Of a DNA stretch of 64,000 nt, positions 51,785 through 64,000 are shown piece after piece (within the stretch, counting starts at the first letter, position 1; each line of letters begins with the position of its first letter). Under the pieces are notes generated by a model that did no database searches, was not told the origin of the DNA, and saw nothing but the letters and a program-made list of their open reading frames with translations. The DNA lies in NCBI GenBank assembly GCA_973895155.1, contig OZ316894.1, positions 9,968,379 to 10,032,378 of the forward strand, in the 5' to 3' direction. Source of the stretch: Marsupella aquatica. Its lineage: Eukaryota > Plantae > Marchantiophyta. Both the position numbers and the translations under genes were made by a program.

Positions 51785-52283
51785 ATCTCCAAGACTCTAT
51801 TCGATCGAGTGCACCATCTCGGTGATAATGCCCATCGATTGGGCGACTACTTTATCGGGGAAGCTTTGGCCACCGATCATGACGACAGCGTTGGAAACGA
51901 CCAGCGTTCCTGGATTCTCGCTGGTGAGAGCCGAGAAGCTCAAAGATCGTTGATTACTACTACTGCAGTAATACTCGTCCCCGTACTCGTCACACCAAGG
52001 TTTCAATTGGATGCATGCATGGGAGCTAGCTTGAATCATTCATTCCTGGCATCGTTGTGCAAGAAGACGGGCTACAGTTACAAGGAGTATTAGAGTCACG
52101 TGTTGCAAAGCGTTCGAATTAAACTGCAGTAAGTAGACTAAGACCAGGCTCTCCACATGATCCATGTGATACCTTGCCAAACTTGTTGAATCCGCTTGCT
52201 CTGAGGCCTGGGTACTCGTCAAGGATCCTCTCGGAAGAACTGTTGGCAGAACTGTTTCGATTTCAGTTTCAGGAATGTCATAG
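51785..52283 (-). pseudogene. Second degenerate germin-like sequence, convergent with the first
   Basis: SFSALTSENPGTLVVSNAV..FPDKVVAQSMGIITEMVHSI (51797-51958) matches the germin-like C-terminus. Further upstream there are weaker matches TQASEQ, GSCGEP..LTAV*F and TMPGMN..HACIQLKP. Confidence 0.6.
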
Positions 52284-53224
52284 ACTGTTCAATTTCGCTT
52301 CTGTAGTCATAAAGATTTCTGGCCTCTGTTGACAGTCTTCATACTTCATACCTTTGCACCCCGGCCAAAGAATTCGACATGCAAGCTACATGATGATTCT
52401 CGATTGAAAGCTTCAGTCTCGAAACCAATACCAGAAGACTGTAGTGGGCTGGTGGATCCCACATGTGACGCAGGGTCGTAGCGTCACGCAGTTGCTATCG
52501 TCATGCAGGAGTCCCTTCCGCTGAACTCCGACTGTACCAACTCCGACTGTACCTCCATAGAGACAGAAATTCCAGGTCAGGTGACCCTCCCAGGTCCTGT
52601 GACGCCATGATTGTGCTCACTGGATTGGAATTGTATACGTCCGCATTTTCTTTGGACCTGATCCAGAGGAGAACTTTCGACATGCTATTGATTTGGTTAC
52701 TTTCCAGTACGAGAGTGATTGGCAGATCTTCGAAAGTTTAGCATGATCCCCTTTACAGTAACTCTATATCTCGCTGAAACCAGACCTTCATACTAACAGA
52801 AAACGATTTGGCACGGTCAATCACAGGACCTGGCCGGAAAGAGCCCTCGCGTGAGTCAAGGGAGTGGGTCGAGCCGTTTGCCCCTTGTGGCAAAACAGGT
52901 ACAGAAATTGGCGGGACAATTGTGGAGCCTAATCGTATAATTTAGAAAGGATAGACCAGCAATCTTAAAAGGGGCTAAGGTACTATCCGCTTGGACTGCG
53001 TGGATTCAACCCCGCACAGCTTATCAACCCCATTCTTGACTCTCTACAAATACAAATAGAAGGTCCATACGAAGAACAGCAAAACAGATGATCGCCTCCC
53101 AAGTTTAATTTCTTCAGCAAGTAGTTGCACGAATTCTTTATCCATCAACAAGGTTTTTGAAACAATCGTCTGACGGTCGCGGGGTCAACTCAATTCCAGG
53201 CTCAATTCTATCTCGTTTCGCAAA

Positions 53225-54094
53225 ATGACAGCGGAGACTCTTGCAGACGGGGTTCACAAATTCATGGCTAACGGCATAACTTTTTCCTATGTTGTTGGTG
53301 GCACTGGACCCCTCCTTGTTGTGCAATCCGTAGGTTGGGGTCTCCCATCGTCATATTTGCGCAACGGCTTAAGGGACCTGGAATCAGAATTCAGACTCCT
53401 CTACTTTGAGCCTCGCGGCAATGGAGAATCCAGCCGGCCGGACTCATCCGACGCTATGGGCACCAAAGACATGGCCTACGACCTGGAGCATTTGCGCGAG
53501 CATCTTCAATTGCCATCCTTCACAATACTCGGTCATTCCCACGGTGGAGCAATTGCACTAGCGTACGCAGAACGCTTTCCAGCTCGCGTGACGAAGCTCA
53601 TTCTAGTCAATCACGAGCTCCAGACATTCAGCTCCGATAGTTGGTCAGCGTTTGCAGTAGCGCGGAAGGATCATCCAGTCTACGGACCTGCTCTACAGCA
53701 GCTGATGGGCTTGATGACGAATCAACCAAGCACGGATGAGGAATTTGCAATTGCTTTGAGTGAGGCCACACCCTATTTCTTCGCAGATACAAGCAAGGCA
53801 CGCATCCAATTGGAGAATGTGGAAGGCTCGCCATCGCTGTGGGCACATTTGGCGCAGAGCACGACAGACAAAGGAAATGCGTTTCCACATGTGGCAGAGT
53901 TGGAAAATGTGAAGGCAGCAACATTGATTTTATCCGGACGAGAAGACGCCGTGTGCAGCGTTGCATCAGCGGAGCGAACCAGAGAGGGAATTGAGGGTTC
54001 ACGATTAGTAGTTTGGGAAGATTGTGGACACATGCCGTGGATTGAGAAAAAGGAAGAGTTCTTGGAGGAGGTGACAAAGTTTCTCAAAGCTTAA
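53225..54094 (+). CDS. Intronless alpha/beta hydrolase (proline iminopeptidase-like), 289 aa
   Basis: Clean ATG-to-TAA ORF with FEPRGNGESSRP, DLEHLREHL, LGHSHGGAIA (GxSxG), LILSGREDAVC (acid) and CGHMPWIEK (His). Confidence 0.92.
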   Translation: MTAETLADGVHKFMANGITFSYVVGGTGPLLVVQSVGWGLPSSYLRNGLRDLESEFRLLYFEPRGNGESSRPDSSDAMGTKDMAYDLEHLREHLQLPSFTILGHSHGGAIALAYAERFPARVTKLILVNHELQTFSSDSWSAFAVARKDHPVYGPALQQLMGLMTNQPSTDEEFAIALSEATPYFFADTSKARIQLENVEGSPSLWAHLAQSTTDKGNAFPHVAELENVKAATLILSGREDAVCSVASAERTREGIEGSRLVVWEDCGHMPWIEKKEEFLEEVTKFLKA

Positions 54095-55863
54095 GGTCAG
54101 GGATTTATCATTAGTGGTTTCTTAGAATTGAGATCTTCTTCTACAGTCTAAATGTTTTTCCCGCCTTTGGAAGGGAGGTGCGTGCCAGTAGTAGGATTTG
54201 AAAAAAGGTGGACAATCAAGTATTTTGTGACCTTACTCTGAAATAAATATTCGTAAGTTTTGCCCCAAATGTTCATAGGTTCCGCCCCCTCAAAAAAAAA
54301 TTATATCAAAGTGCTTGAGGGCAAAAACCCTCAACCTGGAGAGAGGATCCCAAAGGCAAAGCAACCCACTAAAAGGAAAGGAAAAGGAAGAGTGAAGGGC
54401 CCCAAGAAGACCCAAGAGGTCGAACAAGGCAAGGAGTCCCCCATCACAACCAGAGGCAACATCTGCTGTGTACTCACCGGGAAACCCCATGATATGGTGC
54501 TTAAATCACATGCTTGATTCTAGGTGCTCAGTTCCCCATGTCCATGGTTGTCAACGGAGGAGGTGACAAAGTTTCTAAAAGCTCAAGGTCGGGGATTTAT
54601 CATTAGTGGTTTCTTAGAACTACCCTAAGTGTTCGAGTTGGACACTTTGCTCCAGATTTAACCCAATCTCCAATCTCCAGACTTAACCCAATCTCAACCA
54701 TAAAGTGTTATACATTGAGCACAAATACAAATCTTACTTATAAGCAACAACTATAAGTTAGAGTTGGGGCGAGGCTTCTAGAGTGAAGTCCCTAGACGTA
54801 ACTCCATGGCCTACCATGTGAATGGAAAAATTTATGAATATGATGAATGTCAAATGATAATTATCATGCATGCTTTTTGTTATGATTTCTATTTACATTT
54901 AAAAAAAGGTACTCTATGGCCCCACCATAACATATGTGCATAGAAAGAGGAATGTATAAAGAGAGGAGAATGGTATGTTATGTATGACTATTAAAATGAT
55001 GATATGCATGATAATTCTTTATCATTTTATTAACATTCAAAGAATGTGAAGAGGAAATATACTTTGGCGACACTTTTATTGTCCTCTCCGCGATTCAAAT
55101 TCAAAGAACAGGTAGTAAGGGCTAGTACTAAAAAATTCAAGAATCATATGTCAAAGTCAATATTCAAACATAACGTCCTGCAAATACAAAAAATGAAAAC
55201 ATAAAGTTAAAACTTGAGTATAATGTCCCGGGCACACTACTAGAGTAGAGGGCCCCTTGGTCCACTATTTGAATACAAGACCCTGATGTTGTGTTTCAGG
55301 GGAAGACGGTAGCCCTATTACCCATAAATAGATATGAAGAAAAACAATCTTGCAGAATAAAAATTTATATGCTATTTTCTATTTCAATTAATCTTTGCCC
55401 CATCCTTGTTTTGTTTCCACCCTAAATTTTTGGTTTTGTCTTATTTGGAATCAATATCATTTTTGTCCATCCTCATTTAAAGTTTTTTAAATGAGACTCA
55501 TGATCACTTTTGTCTCCGTTAAGGGTTATTGTCTAGAGGTTTCACTCTAGACCCTAGGCCCTTACGAGTAGATTTTGTTGCGTTCTTATAATAAGATTGA
55601 GATCTTCTTCTATGTCAGTCTAAATGTTTGTCCTGCCTCTGGAAGGGAGGTGGGTGCCAGTAGTAGCATTTGAAAAAGGTGGCCAATCAAGGATTTTCTG
55701 ACCTTACTCTGAAATAAGTATTCATAGGTTCCGCCACAAACATTCATATGTTCCTCCCCCTTCAGAGGGGCATCTACAGTGTACTCACCGGAAATCCAAT
55801 GATATGGTGTGAAAATGACATGCTTGATTGTAGGTGCTCATCTCCCCATGTCCATGGCTGTCA
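54064..55863 (+). repeat. Tandem duplication of the hydrolase 3' end and 3' flank; second copy split by ~1 kb of insertions
   Basis: 54064-54127 recurs at 54556-54619, 54127-54285 recurs at 55596-55735, and ~54460-54553 recurs at ~55770-55863. Confidence 0.85.
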
Positions 55864-57361
55864 CAAGTGCACCTATAAAAAACTATGGGTTACCCATATA
55901 TTTCCTTATAAAGTTCAAGGTTCACATAAATGGGCACGAGGTTCACAAAAGATGGCGAGTGCTTCAGCTTTTGTTGGCAAGTTAACGCCCCCACAGAATC
56001 ACGAGCAAACAACTCCCATACAAAGCCACACTTGCTCCTCAGCACAATCGTCGCTCAACAGCCCATACTGTCTGCACAAACATCCAACCCCATCAGTAAG
56101 TAACCCGTCATGATCTTGGATCCCAAGACCATTGTCTTGTCTCAAGCTCAACAGACGTTAGTAAGTACGTAAGAGGATATAATCTCTTAGGCCCGCATGG
56201 CCTTGCCGTAACCTGAAGCTAAGACCGACACCCACTATTTGTCCAAAATAACCCCTCTACTGGGCATTGCCCAAGCTTCCCCACTTTCTATCTGTCATTG
56301 GTTGACCGCCATGTCTTCAAGACATGCCCATGGCTCAAATAGCTAGCTTGTTCTGAAGCTTGTCCCAAACGTCTGGACTAGTTCAGCCCCAACTCTAGCA
56401 AACCATCTCTATGACTCTAACTCAAATGAGAGTCTAATGACAAAATGCACTTGGACCTCAACACCTATGTCTACTCTACATTGCCTCAATGCAAGCTCTC
56501 GTGGGAACCTGAATGCGACTTGGTTACTGTTTCGGCAAGGGCAAGAGGGTGAGATAGCCCCTGCAAACCTCGAGGACCAAAGACACCCCTAGACCCAACT
56601 GAGCTCAAGAGGATGTAGTCCTCCTTGAGAACTTTCCAATGCACCTAAGAAGTCCTCCGACAAATTTCTCATTGAGAAGTTGTTATTATTGTTTTTGTTT
56701 GACGTTTCCCCTTAGTAGCACGATCTTTCACACTTCAGTTGGCCCACTGGGAGACACCACTCCCCTCATATATGCTTTTGGAGATCTACCACCCCCGGAC
56801 CAACTTTGGTCCCCTATTTTTGGCCCTCAATCTGGACTCCAACCCAATCAATTGGGCACGAAGCTAACTTACTATGCCCATAACGTTCTAGTTAGCCTGT
56901 AGGTGAAGTGCCTTAGCCCTTTGTGACTGGGCTAACACAGTGTTCATGCTCAGGCTCTCAAAAATCATTGTCATTTAGGCATCCCAGATGGCTACACAAG
57001 AGCCGTGTCGTATCTTATGTGCCAAGCATCCAATCCGCATGAAGTAAACTTGTTGGCCTTGGGCCCAAGAGGAGCTTTGACTCAAGCCCTTAGACCTCAG
57101 AGTATGTCTGGGGGTCCGGACTTTCCACCCTGAGCTCGGCCCTTCCCATGACCCAACCAACTCCCAACACCAATGTAAGTCTTTTGTGTGCGCCACCAAC
57201 TCAATGAATTGCCTTTGTTATGAGGCCGCTTCATTGCCTACAAAGTCTCCCCATACTTAGTCCCTACTGGATGACCATTACAAGGGTGTGGACCATAGAG
57301 GAGCTTGGGGTAGGAGCCAGCGACGCCGGAGCTCAATGGTAGGGTAGTTGAGTTCTGCAAT

Positions 57362-57836
57362 TATATCTTTTTCTTATCTTGCCATCTTTTTTTCAACTTG
57401 ATATCTTTATCCCGTCACAACATCTTTTCTCTCCTTGACATCATTTCCTAACCTCAACATTGTTTTCTCACCTTGACATTTTTTTCTCAGCTTGATATAG
57501 TTTTCTTAACTTGACATGTTTTCTCTCCTCCTTTTATCTTTTCTCACCTTGATTTCTTTTCCACTCCTCAACATCATTTTCTCTCGAGCCTCAACGTCTT
57601 TTCTTGTCTTGAGATTTTGTGTTTTTTTCACCTTGACATCTTTTCTCTCCTCAATGTCTTTTCCTCACCTCAACATCGTTATCTTACCTATACATATTTT
57701 TCTCACCTCGCCATCTTTTCTCACCTTAACATCTTTTCTCTCCTCGACTTCTTTTTCTCACCTTGACATCTTTTTTCACTTAGAGATATTTTCCTCACCT
57801 TGACATCTTCTGGGCAATGCACGAGCATTGGGCTAG
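57362..57836 (+). mobile_element. Minisatellite (~19-bp ttttctcaccttgacatct units) ending in a Helitron-like 3' terminus
   Basis: About 20 degenerate units followed by hairpin caatgc-acga-gcattg and ggCTAG|T at 57833-57837. Confidence 0.65.
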
Positions 57837-59399
57837 TACATTTGAACATCAAAAGTTTTCCTTTTTTAGTTCACTATACATGGCAAGGATGATATATCAA
57901 AAAACAAGCCCAAATGGTTAGTGTGTTTTATAGTGCTAATAATTGGATCTTGAGGAACCTAGGAATGAATCTGTACCAAGTCAATGCACTGTACAACAAC
58001 TCATATATAGATACATCAATGAAAAATTCCAGTATGGTCAAAAGTGAATAGGGTACGTCAAAGCATAGCTGTAACTCAGGTAAGACTCACGACATAAAAG
58101 CTCTCAAGACATAAAAGCTGTCACGTCGGGGAAAAATCACTATGGACTACCAAATATGTACCTCATAAAGGTCATACTGTAAAAAAAACTCTTAACACTT
58201 TGATTATGGGAGAATTTTGACACTCCCTAATAGAGATGTTACTATTTATTTTGACACTCCCTAATAGAGTGGTTACTATTTTTGTTGAATGTTAGTGGGT
58301 TTGGTAACATAGCGTTACCCTAGCTAGACCACCAACCAACCCACTGATGCTCTTATTGGAGAGTAAGGGCGATTTATATTATTGCACTCACGTCTTTCAT
58401 GAATCGAAAGAGAAGAATTGAAACGGAAAGAATGGACCGAGTCTGGTCCCACGGCGTCCCAGGGCTCAGGGCTGACTGAAGTCCACGTAGAATGACGATT
58501 CGCGAGAGGCTTGCTCGGCGCTTGGATCCTCCTCCTGCTCCCTGGGAGAATCGTGGCTTCGATTACTCGCCACATTCATTACCCTTGGTGGTACCCACAC
58601 AGGCACACAGGCACACAGCGACATACGCGATGAATCTCCTCTTGTCAGCTCCGCCACCCCTTTTCGGCTGCTGTCGTCCTGTCCTGCAATCCTGCCTCTC
58701 ATATTGTGGGCCGCTTCTCTGGTTAGAAGGTGGAGCGATGCCCACGAACGCAGCAGCTTAGGGGAAAATCTTGCCCTCCTGCCAAACCTGCCTTGCCTCT
58801 CCTGCCCGCCTCTCCTGTCCGCCTCTCCTGTCCTCCCCGGTCCAGACTCTCAGAAGGGAACAACATTGTTTGAATCCCAGCTGAGTTTCGGAAAATGAAG
58901 GCTCGGCTCTGTCAGTGCGGAGCAGCGAGGATTGACATCTAAGCCTTTTTGAATCTGTGAATTTCAGTAGCTGTATAGTTTCTTTTGCATCCTGTTGGTT
59001 CCTGTGGCAGGGATTACGGGCCTCCGGAAGCGGACATTCTGTGGTTTGCTCGGAGCAGGATTTTTGAACCTGAGGTTGGTGATGCCGAGCTCGGAATTTG
59101 CAGCTCTTGCGTGAGAGGGCTGCTGTTGGGTCAAGCTGTCTTAAATGATTTTGAACAGGATTCTGTGGAACGGGAGTTTGTGGCATTGGCAGTTTTGACG
59201 GAGAGTTGTATAAAACAATTACTTGGAAGAAATATTGCAATCTTAAATTTAGAAGAAGCCGTAATAGATCAATGGTGATTGGAGACAGGAAAATGGATAA
59301 TTCTGCACAGGGAAGGTTGTCGTTGTAATATAACCTATCGGTGACTGGAGAAAATTCAGGGGTTGTCGGCGATTCGTAGTTGGGGTTCACAGGAGGGCA

Positions 59400-62300
59400 A
59401 TGGCACAAATGGCTCTCCTCCATAACAACTTTCTGGGCAGTGGTTTGAGCATTCGTGTGGGTTCTCAGCTGGAGACGGCTAGCAACCCCAAGAGAGCGGT
59501 GCAAGTCCGGGCGGTGGCTACCGACGAGAGGAGGGTTGGGGTTCTCACTCCCGGGGAGAGAGAGGTGGCCAAGAAACGCTCCATGGTATAACCTTGCCTC
59601 TACCTACCCGTGGATGTTCACAATCGTTGCCATCTTCAGCTGTCTGAATCTCTTCACTGCAAGTGTATGCAAGGTTCAGATTCGCTAAGTCGTGCGGTTG
59701 GTCGAAGAATATTACCCTCCATGACTGTCTCGTCCGTAATCACTTGGTCATGTTATCGCAACCTAAGGTGGCTACAAGGATTTTAATGGAAAGAGCTTAG
59801 ACCTTTGACCCTCGTCCCTACCTTCCTGTAGTTGTGGCGACAGTTTTCAGCGAACTTCAAGTCGCTTTATTGCAAATTCGTCTGGTCTTGTTGGCGATTG
59901 AGTAGATTACCCACCTCGACAACTTCCCAACCCACTTGATCATTATTTCGCAACTTTTAAAATGGCCGTCTAGAAGTCCAATGAAAATAGTTTAAATCTT
60001 GCACCCGCTCTTGCGAATTTGAGAAACCCATCGCAACAGAAGGCCTTCTCCTGGTTTTTTGTGGATTGGATGTATTTTGCACTTCGAAAGTCTCCAGCTC
60101 AGCTTCTGGATGTGGCATCTTTTTCCGAAGTAGATAATTGGCACAGAGTGTCTCAATCGACACTTCAACGAGTTTGAGGAGTTTAAGCGGACTGATATTC
60201 TTCATCCATATGGTCAGAGAATTTGAGAGATGGAAGAAAAAGGAAAGCTGAGCTTGGACTTCTTTCACCCGATGTTTGGCATTTGAGTTTCCTCATGAGA
60301 AGGTGGTTGTATTTTGCAGAGACTTGGTGATATGGCAGAAGAAATGAAGAGAGTGAGAGCACAGATGGAAGACGATGAGCAGCTCTCTTCGCTAATGAGA
60401 GGCCTTCGAGGTCAAAACTTGTCAGACACACAGTTTGCACTTTCGGACACGCAAATGAGACTCATTGAGGTAGATCCAGTCCTGCCTGTAATGCTTTTTA
60501 CTCATGGTTTGACATGGTTTGGGATGCTACCATACTCTGTGCAACGATAGCATTCTAAATGCTCCATCGTTTTGTTGAATCTCCAATTTTAAAAGTTCGG
60601 CAAGCAAGCGAAACCGGGAATCTGATTTAATCGTATTCTACACCAGTAATCCTATACTTTTGATGGGCAGTAATTGTAGAGACATGGTTTGATTTGATTT
60701 GCTCGCCGTGGATGCAGATTGACGGAGGAAATGGAAGCGACGAGTCATTGCCACTAGTATATGATCCGGCAACTATAGCAAACTATTGGGGAAAGAAGCC
60801 TGGAGCTGTTGCGACTCGTATTGCACAGCTAGTCGCAGTAGCTGGGGGTTTTCTCTCGGGAATTGCTATGGATATCATTACAAAGAAAATCAAAGAGGTA
60901 GGACAGTTCTCCTTCAGTTCGTTGTCACTATAAGTTCTTGGAGACGAGTTTCTCTGAGAAATGAAATATGTGGCCTGAGAGTTCAATAATAGTACTCTTC
61001 TTGATTTAACTGGATATTAAAACCATATCCTTGAAAACTTTAGTGGATAGGCAAAATCCCTTCCCACAGCCACTTCCCACGGCTTCCGATGTACGAACAA
61101 ATTTTTCCCGCCCTCCTTGTGTGGCCAATTCCACCAGGACAAGCACCAAAGAGTGAGGGCAATCTTGTAAATGTCATCGTTCTTAATTTAATTTGACACC
61201 AGCGCCCGTGGCCAGTATACTGATCTACTAGCAGTTAGTTAGTTCTGGCATTTCCCTCGTACAAAGTTTGGAGTTACTGACTTTGACATCAATGCATTCT
61301 TTCCCTTATCTTTCTATGAAATGAGCTGATTCACATTATACTCATCATGGCCGCAGAACGAAGTAAAGCGGGCAATCGAATTGCGAGAAATAGTCACTTC
61401 CCTAGGCCCAGCTTACATTAAGCTCGGACAAGCCTTAAGCATCCGGCCGGATGTTCTCTCACCAAGTGCCATGACTGAGCTCCAAAAGCTATGTGACAAG
61501 GTTCGTTTTTGCTTTTCTGCTCCCTCAGCTCGGTTGCTAGAGACAAAGCACAGTTCCATTTGTTCTTGTTTTCATTTTTCCAAGTTTGTGATAACCTCTC
61601 TACTTTCACTCCTGGATGATGTTTAGATTACATTTACGTAAGTGCTCCTAGATGACTAGGATCTAGATTCTAGTCTCTGTGTTGTGTCTTAAGAGTCTTT
61701 CAGGGCACAGCAAGTTTAGGCTACGAGGGATGGTTCACGTTCTGTTGGTGGTGTATCAGCATAATTCGGGTGGCAAGATATAATATCAAACTAACGTGGT
61801 AATTCACTAACTAGTTTTACTCGGCTGGTCATGTAGGTGCCTTCATTTCCAAATGATATAGCAATGGCCCTTCTGGACGAGGAGCTCGGAAAGCCATGGA
61901 CAGAGATATACTCAGAGCTCTCTCCATCTCCAATTGCAGCTGGTAACCCTAATTACCACCCAAATTGCTCTTTAACTCGAAGATGTTACCTTTGGTTTAT
62001 CTACTTTTGTCAAATTCGGAGACTCTCCTGATGAATGATGCACTCTGATTTCTTGATGGGTCGTTGTCCATGGATGGCCAAATTGACATCTGCAACACAG
62101 AGCGATATTCTGCAATGAAACTCATGTGACTGTGTACATGAACAGCATCCCTTGGACAGGTGTACAAAGGGCGCCTTCGCGAGAACGGTCATGTCGTGGC
62201 TGTGAAGGTCCAGAGGCCTTATGTGCTTGAAACAGTCACCATAGATCTCTTTATCATTCGCAAACTGGGAGTAGCATTGCGACGATTTCCACAGGTAATT

Positions 62301-63877
62301 GATGACGTAGTTATGCAGTCCCAGATGCCATTTTCTTTCAATCTCTGATTGGGGAGTTATAGGGTGGGGGGGAACTGGGTTTTGTACGTGTCGTAATAGA
62401 TAGATAATGCATAGCAGAAGGAAAGCTCAAATTCTGACGACATCATGTGTAATATATTGACAGATTGCTACAGATGTTGTTGGTCTGGTCGATGAATGGG
62501 CGGCTCGATTTTTCGAAGAGCTAGATTACATACACGAGGGAGAGAATGCGATGCGTTTCGCGGCCCAAATGGAAGTGGATTTGCCACAGGTTTGGCTGCC
62601 TCTGCACTTCTTTTTTCTCACCATGTATCACTTGCTGAAGTTCCAGCTGTTTTGGAGCAGTAGAGTACAATCGTCCTAGGGTGACGCGTTGTCCATTTTC
62701 TCGAAGTTTTGTTCTGTTTTCTCTGTTTTTTCTCGAAGTCCCACTCCTACCGCTTCTGCTACTACGTCTTCCCGCCTCTCAACAGTAGTATACAATTTTT
62801 CCAGGTCGTTGTTCCCAAGACATACTCCAGTTATACATCTCGGCGGGTGCTCACAAGTGAATGGATCGAAGGAGAAAAGCTTTCACAAAGCAAAGCTTCT
62901 GATGTTGGAGATCTAGTCAACATTGGCGTCATTTGCTACCTTAAACAAGTAGGTTTACTCTTTCTTTAGTACTCTTCTGGAATATTATATGCCCAGCAGC
63001 TAATTCAAAATAAAGTTCTGTTGACGACATTCTCTCAAGCTGCCGAGTCAATCTTGTGTTGCACTGAACAGAGTTGTGATTTGTTGTTGCTATGGTTGTT
63101 CTTGATTTTCAGCTACTCGACACCGGACTCTTCCATGCGGATCCCCATCCTGGAAACCTGATTCGGACGCCTGACGGCAAGCTAGCTATTCTTGACTTTG
63201 GTAGGGTTTACCCCGGTGCTTTCCCACATCTTCCCAGTTCTCTTATCTCAGATATTTTCCTTCCATGTACCTGACCTTGGGCGAGCTAGACCTGAATGAT
63301 ATCCTCTGGTAGAATAATTCGAGACCTCATTGCGGTTATAGCCAGTTGCTCTGCTTGTTAGGCGACACGCCCATTGAGCTGCAGTGTTATCAGCTGTTGG
63401 AAGTACATTTGTTTGCACCGTAATTTTCTTGGGTGTGTTAGTTTGTGAAACAACGAAGCATCTGCCTCGAGAGTTATTGATCTCTCTTCCACACTGGTTG
63501 CAGGATTGATGACTGAAATAACCGACACACAGAAATATGGGATGATTGAAGCCATTTCACACCTTATCCACCGGGATTATGAAGCTATTGTAGAGGATTT
63601 TGTCGCTCTTGATTTCATTCCAGAAGGGGTGAACTTGAGTCCTATTATGCCTGTGTTAGCAAAAGTATTTGATCAAGCACTCGAAGGTGGAGGAGCTAAG
63701 AACATCAATTTCCAGGATCTAGCAGCAGACCTTGCTCAAATAACGTTTGACTACCCATTCCGAATTCCTCCCTATTTTGCTCTCATTATCAGGGCTATCG
63801 GGGTCTTGGAAGGCATAGCTTTGGTTGGCAATCCGGACTTCGCTATTGTCGACGAAGCTTATCCGTACATTGCCCAG
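59400..63877 (+). CDS. ABC1K6: Plastid ABC1/UbiB atypical kinase, ABC1K6-like; 3' end lies outside the window (exons 59400-59585, 60320-60469, 60718-60897, 61357-61500, 61837-61942, 62146-62294, 62464-62589, 62805-62948, 63113-63200, 63504-63877)
   Basis: Transit peptide ending VRAVA, RVRAQMEDDEQL..RGLRGQNL, LGPAYIKLGQALSIRPD, AAASLGQVYKG, VAVKVQRP, EELDY, FHADPHPGN, LDFG and FRIPPYFALIIRAIGVLEG. GT-AG junctions keep the frame. Resembles Arabidopsis At3g24190 as recalled. Confidence 0.93.
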
Positions 63878-64000
63878 GTAAGTTTGTTGTTCGCAACTCT
63901 TCTTGTGGACTACGCTTGACAATCAGTTCTAGAACAGAAAGTATGGAGGTTCCAGCAGAATAGTGACGATCTGAGATTCCGCACGGTTCTAGAGCTTCTA

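Noticed and set aside
52980-53020. tRNA T-arm-like gcgtggattcaaccccgc
   Set aside because: No D arm or acceptor stem could be built.
55950-57350. GC-richer, probably retroelement-derived sequence (similar character at 5000-6100 and 11200-12050)
   Set aside because: No RT, integrase, gag, LTR pair or PBS could be recognised by eye.
58758-59504. 248-aa minus-strand ORF overlapping the ABC1K6 start
   Set aside because: Antisense to the ABC1K6 leader and first exon, with no domain signal.

Overview
Eukaryotic nuclear DNA from a land plant, most likely a bryophyte such as a liverwort (inferred from the GT-AG spliced plant genes, long leaders and repeat-rich spacers). It contains four apparently intact host genes, all on +: a 4-exon group III WRKY factor with a variant WRKYGNK motif (34098-36393), a 2-exon LCAT-like acyltransferase/phospholipase (48477-50757), an intronless fungal/bacterial-type alpha/beta hydrolase (53225-54094) and a plastid ABC1K6-like kinase (59400 to beyond the window end). 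Two degenerate germin-like sequences lie tail-to-tail at 51.3-52.3 kb. The rest is transposon debris: a CRE-like non-LTR RT, PIF/Harbinger remnants, Mutator-like, TA-flanked and CACTA-like MITEs, and Helitron-like ends. The most notable structure is a ~9.75-kb hAT-type element (12058-21803) with 9-bp TIRs and an apparent 5-bp TSD. It has mirror-image ~1-kb arms (GC-rich repeats, telo-boxes, three spaced 32-bp repeats) that point inward, to a BED/DUF659/hATC transposase on + and to two cargo genes on -: a protein kinase and a coiled-coil RING-H2 protein. All three genes are decayed in this copy. Coordinates and translations were read by eye; no database searches were run.
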